A stretch of 64,000 nt of DNA from an uncultured Phycisphaerales bacterium (GTDB lineage: Bacteria; Planctomycetota; Phycisphaerae; SM23-33; FEN-1343). The notes beneath the pieces are model-generated. The model did no database searches, was not told the DNA's origin, and was given only the letters and a program-made list of their open reading frames with translations. Below, piece after piece: positions 49,391 through 58,141 of the stretch (position 1 is its first letter; the number at the start of each line of letters is the position of its first letter). The translations under genes were made by a program, and so were the position numbers. The stretch covers positions 1 to 64,000 of the forward strand of contig CAWAWB010000015.1 of NCBI GenBank assembly GCA_963785635.1, given 5' to 3'.

Positions 49391-51862
49391 TCATACGCCC
49401 TCCCTCGCCCGCCGAAGCTGGTCGGCCGCATCGCACGCGCGCTGCACGGAGTAACCTTTAAGGGGCAGCACGAACGTGTGTACTCCATCCAGGATGTCCG
49501 AGACCTGCGGGAAGAAGGCATCCTCCACTTCATCGGCCGGCGTGATCCAGTTGCGGGCGCCCACTACCACGGGCGGTGCATCCAGCTCATCGAAGGCCAG
49601 TTGCGTAATGTTGGAGGCCATGGTGTGGAGGTAACTGCCGCGCTCGCAGGCATCGCTGGCCAGGAGAATCTTGCGGGTCTTGGCGACCGATTCCAGCACC
49701 GGCGCATAATTGAAGGGCACCAGCGACCGGGCGTCGATGATCTCCACGGAGAGGCCAAACTGTTTTTCCAGCGCGGCGGCGGCATCCATTGCCCGGTACA
49801 GGGTCGCGCCGATGGTGAGGATGGTCAGATCGCTGCCGGTCTTCTTGATGGCCGGCTCGCCGATGGGGATCTCGTAGCGGCCCCGCGGCACGCCGCCGCT
49901 CTGGAACAATTCGGGCATGTCGTAGATCCGCTGGCTCTCGAAGAAGACGACCGGGTCGGTGCCGGTAAGCGCCGAGTACATCAACCCCTTGGCATCATAG
50001 GGCGTGGCGGGGAACACGACCTTCAGGCCCGGGATGTGGGCACACATGCTCGTCCAGTCCTGGCTGTGCTGGGCGCCGTACTTGGAGCCCACGGACACCC
50101 GCAGCACCACGGGCATCTTCAAAAGCCCGCCGCTCATGGACTGCCACTTGGAGAGCTGATTAAAGATTTCATCGCCCGCGCGGCCCATGAAGTCGCAATA
50201 CATCAGCTCCGCAATCGCGCGGCCGCCTTCCAATGCATAGCCCACGGCCGTGCCAACGATCGCGCCCTCGGAGATCGACGAATTGAAGAGCCGATGATAC
50301 GGCAGCGCCTCGGTCAGGCCGCGATAGACGGCGAACGCCCCGCCCCAGTCGCGGTTCTCCTCGCCGTAGGCGATCAGCGTCGGATCGACGTAGAACTGGT
50401 CGAGAATGGCCTCGAAGATCGCGTCGCGCAGGACCACGCACTTCTGCTTGGAGATAGGTTTGCCCGCCTCATCCAGGCCAAAGCGGCTGCGATTGGCCAG
50501 TTGCTGCACGCGCGGATTCTCCTCCTTGGCGATCAGCACTTCCGCCTTGCGGTTGGGCGCCAGCGATTCGACCTTGGCGTTGGAGAACATTGTCTTATCC
50601 AGCAGGCAGCCGCTCGCCTTCAGGTCCTCGCGCGGCGAGATGGTCAGGTCGGTGGCCTTCTTGAAGGCCTTCAATATCAACGTTTCGGCCTGCGCCGTGA
50701 TGGCGTCGATATCCGCCTGCCCGCACACCTTGGCCGCCACGAGCTGCTGGGCGAAGTTCAGGAGCGGATCGACCTGCTGCCAGCTTTCCAGCTCCTCCTT
50801 GGTGCGATAGCTGGAGGCATCGGAAGGCGAGTGGCCGCTGAAGCGGTATGTGATGGTGTCCAGCAGGACGGGCCCATCGCCGCGCTTCAGGATTTCCTTT
50901 TTGCGGCGGAAGGCGTCGATCACGGCCAGCGGGTTGTAGCCATCCACGCGCTCGGCGTGCACCTGCGTGGGGGAGAGGCCCGCGCCCAGCCGCGCGAGGA
51001 TGCCGAAGCCCATGGTTTCGCCCACGGGCTGGCCGCCCATGCCGTAAAAATTGTTCACGAAATTGAAGATGATGGGCAGTCCGCCGCGATGGGCCTGATC
51101 CCACAGCAGCTTGAACTGGTCCATGTTGGCGAAGCACAGCCCTTCCCACACGGGGCCGCAGCCGGCGGAGGCATCGCCGATATTCGCCACGATAATGCCG
51201 CCGGCCTTGTTTACGTGCTTGAAGAGAGCCGCGCCCACGGCGATATCGCCCGAGCCGCCCACGATGGCGTTGTTGGGGTAGATGCCAAAGGGCGGGAAGA
51301 AGGCGTGCATGGAGCCGCCCATGCCCTTATTGAAACCCTCGCGCCGGGCAAAGATTTCCGCCAGGGCGCCATAGATAAGGTAATCGATGGCCAGTTCGGT
51401 GACACTGCCGTGCTTGCCATCATCCACCACCCGCAGCGTGGCGCCGCCGAAATAGTTTCGCATGATCCGCATGAGCGCCGAATCATCCAGCTTGGCGATG
51501 GCGGACAAACCCTTGGCCAGGATCTCGCCGTGGCTGCGGTGGCTGCCGTAGATATGGTCATCCACGTTCAGCACGAAGGCCTGCCCCACCGCCGCGGATT
51601 CCTGTCCCACGGACAAGTGAGCGGGGCCGCGATGGTTGTACTCGATGCCCTGAAAACTGCCCTTGAGCTTGACCTCGTTGAGCATGGACTCGAACGCGCG
51701 AATGATGGCCATGTCGCGCTGTATGCCCAGCAGCTCATCGCGGCTGTAATTGGCGGTTTCCTGGGCGATAGTCTTGTTGTACTGGCAGACCGGAATCGGC
51801 TGGAACTGGATCGTGCCGCCACTACGCTCGCGCTTGGGATCGATCAACTGAGACTTCGGCAT
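49391..51862 (-). CDS. 2-oxoacid dehydrogenase E1 component, fused alpha-beta (TPP-dependent; acetoin/pyruvate/branched-chain type)
   Basis: 823 aa. The N-terminal half is E1-alpha-like (TPP-binding [13 protein letters not shown]...). The C-terminal half is E1-beta/transketolase-like. Intact, with no frame breaks. Confidence 0.88.
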   Translation of the reverse strand: MPKSQLIDPKRERSGGTIQFQPIPVCQYNKTIAQETANYSRDELLGIQRDMAIIRAFESMLNEVKLKGSFQGIEYNHRGPAHLSVGQESAAVGQAFVLNVDDHIYGSHRSHGEILAKGLSAIAKLDDSALMRIMRNYFGGATLRVVDDGKHGSVTELAIDYLIYGALAEIFARREGFNKGMGGSMHAFFPPFGIYPNNAIVGGSGDIAVGAALFKHVNKAGGIIVANIGDASAGCGPVWEGLCFANMDQFKLLWDQAHRGGLPIIFNFVNNFYGMGGQPVGETMGFGILARLGAGLSPTQVHAERVDGYNPLAVIDAFRRKKEILKRGDGPVLLDTITYRFSGHSPSDASSYRTKEELESWQQVDPLLNFAQQLVAAKVCGQADIDAITAQAETLILKAFKKATDLTISPREDLKASGCLLDKTMFSNAKVESLAPNRKAEVLIAKEENPRVQQLANRSRFGLDEAGKPISKQKCVVLRDAIFEAILDQFYVDPTLIAYGEENRDWGGAFAVYRGLTEALPYHRLFNSSISEGAIVGTAVGYALEGGRAIAELMYCDFMGRAGDEIFNQLSKWQSMSGGLLKMPVVLRVSVGSKYGAQHSQDWTSMCAHIPGLKVVFPATPYDAKGLMYSALTGTDPVVFFESQRIYDMPELFQSGGVPRGRYEIPIGEPAIKKTGSDLTILTIGATLYRAMDAAAALEKQFGLSVEIIDARSLVPFNYAPVLESVAKTRKILLASDACERGSYLHTMASNITQLAFDELDAPPVVVGARNWITPADEVEDAFFPQVSDILDGVHTFVLPLKGYSVQRACDAADQLRRAREGV

Positions 51863-51954
51863 GACTACAACTCCTCATTTCGATTGCGGATTGCGATTGC
51901 GGATTGACTCAACTCAGTGAAGGTTCAATCAGCCATCGCAACGTGCAACCTGGT

Positions 51955-52779
51955 TCATGATTTATTCTCTGAAAGAACCGCCTCGGTGGGCGGTGTGATA
52001 ATCTCGATTTTCCGCTCGTGGAGAAAACGTTGCCATTCGGCTGAAGGAGCGCGATCCGTGATAATCACCGATACTGCATCCCATTCGATGATGCGGCACA
52101 GCGAGGGGGAGGTGAACTTGCTGTGGTCGGCCAGCACCACGGTCTGCCGCGCATTGCGCACGGCCAGGCCGAAGAGGTGCGCACTTTCGATGTCGCTGGC
52201 GGTCAGGCCGAATTCCATGGACAGGCCGTCGGCCCCGATGAACGCGACATACCCTCTCAACCGCTCCAGCGCGGCCGTGGCCAGGGGGCCGATCGTGTCC
52301 ATCCGCCCCGGGCGATACTGGCCCCCGAGCATGATCACGTTGACGTTGGGGGAATCGAGCTCCAGGGCCAGCCGCGCGGAGTTGGCAATGACGGATAGGC
52401 CTTTCTTGCTCTTTAAATGCGGGATCATTTCAAAGCAGGTCGTGCCGGAATCGACAAAAATCTGATCCCCATCCTCCACCCGCGCGGCAGCCAACTGCCC
52501 GATAATTCGCTTGGCCTCCACGTTACGTAAGGCCTTGGAACGAAATGAGAAATCGCTCTTTTTGGGCAGCACCGCCCCGCCGTACACCAGCTCCAGCTCC
52601 CCCGCCTTGGCCATGGCGTGCAGATCGCGGCGAATGGTCGCCCCGGAAGCACCCAGCGATGCGGCCAGGGCAGAAGCGGTAACTTCTCTCTGTTCAAGCA
52701 ATTGCGCAATAATACGGTCGCGCCTCTGGCGTGTGGATGATCGCGTTGCGAAGCCGGGATTTCCGAACTTGTCGGTCAT
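51955..52779 (-). CDS. DeoR/GlpR-family transcriptional regulator
   Basis: N-terminal HTH (RQRRDRIIAQLLEQREVTASALAASLGASGATIRRDL) and DeoR C-terminal sugar-phosphate-binding domain. Confidence 0.85.
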   Translation of the reverse strand: MTDKFGNPGFATRSSTRQRRDRIIAQLLEQREVTASALAASLGASGATIRRDLHAMAKAGELELVYGGAVLPKKSDFSFRSKALRNVEAKRIIGQLAAARVEDGDQIFVDSGTTCFEMIPHLKSKKGLSVIANSARLALELDSPNVNVIMLGGQYRPGRMDTIGPLATAALERLRGYVAFIGADGLSMEFGLTASDIESAHLFGLAVRNARQTVVLADHSKFTSPSLCRIIEWDAVSVIITDRAPSAEWQRFLHERKIEIITPPTEAVLSENKS

Positions 52780-52892
52780 GCTACAGATATTATTACATCA
52801 AACCTGCTCAATTGCAACAGTTTTATGAGCATTTAGTGATCAACTTCGATTGACTACTGATTATCTATGCCGTATAGTTGAAGTGGAAGAAA

Positions 52893-53068
52893 GGCGTTAC
52901 GGATCATGGAACTGGGGAATTTCCCCAGTTCCACAATCCGTAACACGCTTTTCCGACTGCCCAAATTGGGCAGTCGTCGGCTTGGTGGATCAGGTGTGTA
53001 GCGTATACACCTGCGGTCAAGGCAACAATTCAACTGGCAACCGTTGCCAGTTGCACGACCCGACTGAT
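52893..53068. promoter_or_regulatory. array of four distinct palindromes in the DeoR-E2 divergent intergenic region (candidate operators or 5-UTR hairpins)
   Basis: gttacggatcatggaactgggg-aattt-ccccagttccacaatccgtaac (22-bp arms, 2 mismatches). cgactgccc-aaatt-gggcagtcg. ggtgtgta-gcg-tatacacc. caactggcaac-cg-ttgccagttg (11-bp perfect). Confidence 0.5.
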
Positions 53069-53082
53069 ATGGATCGAAATAG

Positions 53083-54606
53083 ATGAAGAAGCTGACACTG
53101 CCTGAGGCGGTAAAGGGAATGATGAGCGGCACCATAATGGCCTGGCTGAAAAGGCCGGGCGATGCAGTTGCCGCAGGCGATGCGCTGGCCAAGGTGCAGG
53201 CCAAGCGCGACATTTTCATTGTCCAATCGCCTGCGGCGGGAAGGCTGGGTGAGATTGCCGCCCCGCAGGGTGCAACGGTCGGTGTGGGAGAGCCCATCGC
53301 GATGCTTGCCGGTGAAGGCGAGACCGCCGCGCCTGCTGCGTCGGCACAGAAAACGCCGGAGCAAGGAAGACCCGCGGCCCCCCCCGCCGCTCCTGCCGGA
53401 GTTGTACCCATCCTCATGCCCAAGGCGGGCAATTCGATGGAGGAAGGCACGATCGTCTCCTGGAAGGTCAAGGAAGGCGAGCGGATTAACAAGGGACAGA
53501 TTCTATTTGAGGTGGAGACAGACAAGGCCGTCGTGGAAGTGGAGGCGGATGTCGCCGGGCGCCTGGCTAAGATCATCGTCGGCGAAGGGCAGACGATCGC
53601 CGTCCTCCAGCCTGTGGCGTATCTGGCGGAAGATGATGGCGCCGTGGCCAATTTCCTGAGTGCGCATGGCGCGGCCGCCGCGCAAGGTGGCGCGGGTCAG
53701 GCTGCGCCGGCAAAGCAGCCATCACCGGTGGCGGCGCAGGCCGCCGCGCCGGCCTGGACTGGCACGCCCGGCAGGGAAGGCCGTCCCAAGGCCTCCCCCG
53801 CCGCGCGAAAGCTGGCTAATGAGCGAGGCGTGGATTTATTGGCCATGGCGTCAGGCAGCGGGCCGGGCGGAAGGATTCTGTCCCCCGATGTGGCCGCCGC
53901 CGTGGCAACAGGAGCGGCCCCCGCCGCACCCGCGCCGGCTGTGGAAGGCGTGGTCTTTCGCCCGCTGGGCCGAATGCGGAAATCCATCGCCAAGAATCTC
54001 ACGCTCTCCAAGCAGACCGTGCCGCATTTTTACATCGAACTGACCATCAATGCCGGCCCCATGATGGACTTCTATCGGCAGGAGAAGGCGAAATATCCGC
54101 TGAGCGTCAACGACGTGCTCATTCGGGCATGCGGGCAGGCGCTGATGGAGTTTCCCGCATTCCGGCGGCGGCTGGAAGGCGATCAATACGCAGAATATCC
54201 TTCGGCCAATATCGGCATGGCGGTGGCCATGGAAGATGGACTCGTCGTGCCCGTGGTTGTGGGCGTGGAGAAAATGAACCTCGAGGAACTGGGGCGGCAG
54301 ACGGCGAAATTGGCGCAGGCGGCCCGCGGCGGGCGCATCGAAACCGCCGCGCCGGCGGTCATGACCATCAGCAACCTGGGCATGTTCGGCACGGAGCGCT
54401 TCAGCGCCATCATCAACCCGCCGGAGGCCAGCATCCTGGCCGTGGGAGCGGTGCGCGAGGAACCCGTCGTGTCCGAGGGTAAAATCATTCCCGCGCGGCG
54501 GCTGACCATGACGCTAAGCTGCGATCATCGCGTGGTGGACGGCGTCATCGCCGCCAAATTCCTGGCGCGGCTGAAGGAACTTCTGGAACAGCCGGCGGCG
54601 GGCTAA
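53083..54606 (+). CDS. dihydrolipoamide acyltransferase (E2) with two lipoyl domains; the first domain is non-canonical at the lipoyl-Lys motif
   Basis: Second lipoyl domain with EVETDKAVVEVEA. E3-binding region. Catalytic C-terminus ...SCDHRVVDGVIAAKFL. Confidence 0.88.
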   Translation: MKKLTLPEAVKGMMSGTIMAWLKRPGDAVAAGDALAKVQAKRDIFIVQSPAAGRLGEIAAPQGATVGVGEPIAMLAGEGETAAPAASAQKTPEQGRPAAPPAAPAGVVPILMPKAGNSMEEGTIVSWKVKEGERINKGQILFEVETDKAVVEVEADVAGRLAKIIVGEGQTIAVLQPVAYLAEDDGAVANFLSAHGAAAAQGGAGQAAPAKQPSPVAAQAAAPAWTGTPGREGRPKASPAARKLANERGVDLLAMASGSGPGGRILSPDVAAAVATGAAPAAPAPAVEGVVFRPLGRMRKSIAKNLTLSKQTVPHFYIELTINAGPMMDFYRQEKAKYPLSVNDVLIRACGQALMEFPAFRRRLEGDQYAEYPSANIGMAVAMEDGLVVPVVVGVEKMNLEELGRQTAKLAQAARGGRIETAAPAVMTISNLGMFGTERFSAIINPPEASILAVGAVREEPVVSEGKIIPARRLTMTLSCDHRVVDGVIAAKFLARLKELLEQPAAG

Positions 54607-54654
54607 TATGCTCTGTTGCCGTGACGTTTGCGGCCGCGACTAGATGGGAATCAC

Positions 54655-56077
54655 ATGAGCAAGAACCATTTCAATATCGTGCTGCTCGGCTCGGCCCGGG
54701 CGGCTACATCGCGGCCATCAAGGCGGCGCATCTTGGCGCATCCGTGGCCGTGGTGGAAAAGGCGCAACTGGGCGGCACCTGCCTCAATAACGGCTGCATT
54801 CCCTCCAAGGCGCTCCTGGCCTCGGCGGCGATGATGCACGAGATCGGCGAGGCGGGCAAGCTCGGCATCAAGGTTGCGGGTGAAGTCATCTGCGACTGGA
54901 CGGCCGTGCAGCAGCGCAAGGACCGCACGCTGGCCCGCCTGCGGCAGGGCATCGCCAATCTCTTCAAGGGCGGCAACATCGAGCTTTTCCAGGGCACGGG
55001 CAAGCTGGATGGCCCGGGGCGAATCGCCGTGATGGACGCCAAAGGCCAGACGCAGATTATCACCGCCGACAAAATCGTGCTGGCCACGGGCTCGGTGCCT
55101 TCGCGGATCCCCGGCTGGCCGACCGATCCGGCGCTGGTGTGCACCTCGGATGAGGCGCTGCACTGGAAGGACCTGCCTGGGCGCCTTTTGATCGTTGGCG
55201 GCGGCGTCATCGGCTGCGAATTCGCGTGCATGATGCAGGCCGTAGGCGTAAAGGTGACGGTAGTGGAAATGATGCCGCGACTTTTGCCGGAGATGGATAG
55301 CGACCTGTCCGCCGAGCTAACCAAGGTCTTTAAAGCGCGGCAGATCGCCTGCCACGTGGGTACGAAGGTTGCGGATCTCTCTATCGCGGATGGCCGCGTG
55401 AAAGCGCGGCTGGATAATGGCCAGACGATCGACGCCGACCGCGTGCTGGTGGCCACGGGCCGCCGCGCGGCCACGCAGGATATTGGCCTGGAAAGCGTGG
55501 GACTCACAACCGACCGCGGCTTTATCCGCGTGAATGACCGGATGGAAACCGCCGTCAATTGCATCTATTGCATCGGCGACGCCAACGGCCGCATTCTGCT
55601 GGCCCACGCGGCCAGGCGCAGGGCGAAGTCGCCGTGGCCAATGCGCTCGGCGCAAATCGAATCTTCGATGCCCCGGTGCCGCTGACCGTGTACACGTTCC
55701 CGGAGATTGCCGGCGTGGGCCTGACCGAAGAGCAGGCGGACAAGCGGAACATTCCCATCTCCGTGGGCGCGTTCCCCATCGGCTACCTGGGCAAGGCCAT
55801 GGCGGTGGGACACGGCGAGGGCATGATCAAGGTCATCCGCGACCACTCCAATGATGCGCTCTTAGGCGTACACATGTTCGGCCACAACGTGACGGAGGTA
55901 ATTGCCTGCACCACGGCCATGCTGGGCGAAAAGGCCACGGTGACTGAACTTGCCGAGACGATCTTCGCCCACCCGACCATCTCCGAGGCGGTCAAGGAGG
56001 CCGCCGAGGATTCCTTTGGCCAGGCCATCCACCTGCCGCCGAAGAAGGTGGTTTCAGTCATGGCGGGAGTCGTTTAA
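54655..56077 (+). CDS. lpdA: dihydrolipoamide dehydrogenase (E3), two frame interruptions near 54697 and 55612 (1-bp losses)
   Basis: FAD-binding MSKNHFNIVLLGSG|PGGYIAAIKAA, redox-active GGTCLNNGCIPSK, NAD-binding region, and dimerisation domain in the third ORF (...AHPTISEAVKEAAE). Confidence 0.85.
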
Positions 56078-56094
56078 TTTGCCCCAAATGAAGA

Positions 56095-56267
56095 GGAACA
56101 CAAAGACCACAAAGGTCACAAAGAACACAAAGGTCACAAAGAACACAAAGAAAGAAAACTCAGAGTAAAAGCCAGACCAAGACACGGGCTCTTCTTTTCT
56201 TTTGACATTGGATTTATTCTTTCTTCGTGTCCTTTGTGTTCTTTGTGACCTTTGTGTTGCTCTTTGT
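56095..56267. repeat. inverted pair of CACAAAG-type heptamer arrays between lpdA and the dehydrogenase gene
   Basis: Left gaacacaaagaccacaaaggtcacaaagaacacaaaggtcacaaagaacacaaag. Right tcttcgtgtcctttgtgttctttgtgacctttgtgttgctctttgtt. Confidence 0.85.
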
Positions 56268-56282
56268 TTACAGAGGCTATTC

Positions 56283-57983
56283 ATGATCGCATCGCAGCAA
56301 ACGATTCCGCAGACGCAGCAGGCCGTGCAACTGGTCGGGCCGGATGTTTTGAAGCTCAATACCGCCAAGCCCGTGCCGCCGGTGGGCCCGCATCATCTGC
56401 TGGTGCGCGTGGATGCGGTGGGGCTGTGTTTTTCTGATCTAAAACTGCTCAAGCAGTTCAATGCGCATCCCCGCAAGGGTAAAGTGGTTTCCGGCGTTGA
56501 TCCGCAGGTGCTCGCCGCGCTGCCCAGCTACGTTCCTGATAAGGCCCCTACCGTGCCGGGGCATGAAGTTGTCGGCCAGATCGTGGCCGTGGGCAAAGAG
56601 GTCAAAAAGCATAAACTGGGCGAGCGCGTGTTGATCCAGGCGGATTTTCGCCTGCTGCGCACGGCCGGCTCCAACGGCGCGTTCGGGTACAACTTCGAGG
56701 GCGGGCTCCAGCAGTACGTGCTGTTTGATGAGCGGGTGGTGCTGGAAGCGGACACAAACCAGAGATACCTCATCCCCGTCGGGCCGGAGCTGTGTAATTC
56801 CGCCGTGGCGCTGGTCGAGCCCTGGGGCTGCGTCGAAAACGCCTACGCCAATGGAGAGCGGCAATCGATATTGCCGCGCGGCCGGTTGCTGGTCGTGACC
56901 GACAAGGGCCGCAACATCCTGGGCCTGCGCGAGAGTTTTGCCTCCGTCTCCGCCGATCACGCCCCCGCCTCTATCGCTGCGGTCTGCGGAGAAGATGCAC
57001 AATACGAAGCCATCGCCAGGCTCGGCCCATCCTTTATCCGTACAGACGACATCGACAGCCTCGCCAACGAAGGCTTCGACGATATCGTCTATTTCGGCCG
57101 CGAGGCGGCGACCATAGAAAAACTGAACGATAAACTGGCCGCGCGGGGAATCATCAACATCGTCCTGGGGGGCCAGGTCATAGGCCGCAAGGTTTCCGTA
57201 GGCGTGGGCCGCCTGCACTACGGTTTTACGCGCTGGATCGGCACGACGGATACGAGCGCGGCCGCCGCGTATCGCACGATTCCGGCCAATGGCGAACTCC
57301 GGGCGGGCGATAGAATCTGCATCGTCGGGGCCGGCGGGCCCATGGGGCAGATGCACACGCTGCGAGCCGTGTGCAGCGGCCGCAAAGGCATCGAGGTCAT
57401 CGGCACGGACATCGACGATGGACGCCTGGAGGCGCTGCGGAAAAAGGCCGAGCCTTTTGCACGCAGAAACGGCATCTCTTTGAACCTTGTGAATACCAAC
57501 CGCCAGAAGCTGGAAGGCGAGTTCTCGTACTTCGCGCTCATGGCCCCCGTGGGCCAGCTTGTGGCCGAAGCCATCGCCCGCGGCGGCGAGGGCGCACTGA
57601 TCAACGTGTTCGCCGGCATCCCCGCACCCATTCGCCACGAGCTGGACCTGGATGCGTACATCCAGCGCGGCCATTTCATGTTCGGCACGAGCGGCTCGCG
57701 CATCGAGGATATGCGGGCCGTGCTGGATAAAGTCACCGCCGGCACGCTGGATACCAACGCCTCCGTTGACGCCGTGTGCGGCATGGCCGGGGCCATCGAC
57801 GGCATTCACGCAGTGGAAAATAGAACGTTGGCCGGCAAGATTATCGTGTATCCGGCCCTTACGGAAATGGGGCTCATACCCCTGTCGGAACTAGGCAAAG
57901 AATTCCCGGCCGTCGCCGCGAAACTGGAACACGGCATGTGGACGGGCGCGGCCGAACGGAAATTTTTGAAATCGGCACGGTAA
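56283..57983 (+). CDS. MDR-superfamily (zinc-type alcohol dehydrogenase-like) oxidoreductase, unusually long (566 aa) with a large internal insertion
   Basis: GroES-like N-terminal domain (HHLLVRVDAVGLCFSDL) and Rossmann fold ICIVGAGGPMGQMHTL. Confidence 0.6.
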   Translation: MIASQQTIPQTQQAVQLVGPDVLKLNTAKPVPPVGPHHLLVRVDAVGLCFSDLKLLKQFNAHPRKGKVVSGVDPQVLAALPSYVPDKAPTVPGHEVVGQIVAVGKEVKKHKLGERVLIQADFRLLRTAGSNGAFGYNFEGGLQQYVLFDERVVLEADTNQRYLIPVGPELCNSAVALVEPWGCVENAYANGERQSILPRGRLLVVTDKGRNILGLRESFASVSADHAPASIAAVCGEDAQYEAIARLGPSFIRTDDIDSLANEGFDDIVYFGREAATIEKLNDKLAARGIINIVLGGQVIGRKVSVGVGRLHYGFTRWIGTTDTSAAAAYRTIPANGELRAGDRICIVGAGGPMGQMHTLRAVCSGRKGIEVIGTDIDDGRLEALRKKAEPFARRNGISLNLVNTNRQKLEGEFSYFALMAPVGQLVAEAIARGGEGALINVFAGIPAPIRHELDLDAYIQRGHFMFGTSGSRIEDMRAVLDKVTAGTLDTNASVDAVCGMAGAIDGIHAVENRTLAGKIIVYPALTEMGLIPLSELGKEFPAVAAKLEHGMWTGAAERKFLKSAR

Positions 57984-58141
57984 GGGATGTGGCATGGGCA
58001 TCTTGCCCATGAATGGCCGTCTCGCCCGTGCATAAGTTTTCGCAAATTAATTGTAGGAGCAAGATGCTCCCGCGACTGGAGGGCAAGAGGCCGTGCCACC
58101 AAAGAATCGCCGCGGCCGCTGTAATTCCTTGTTTCCTTCTT

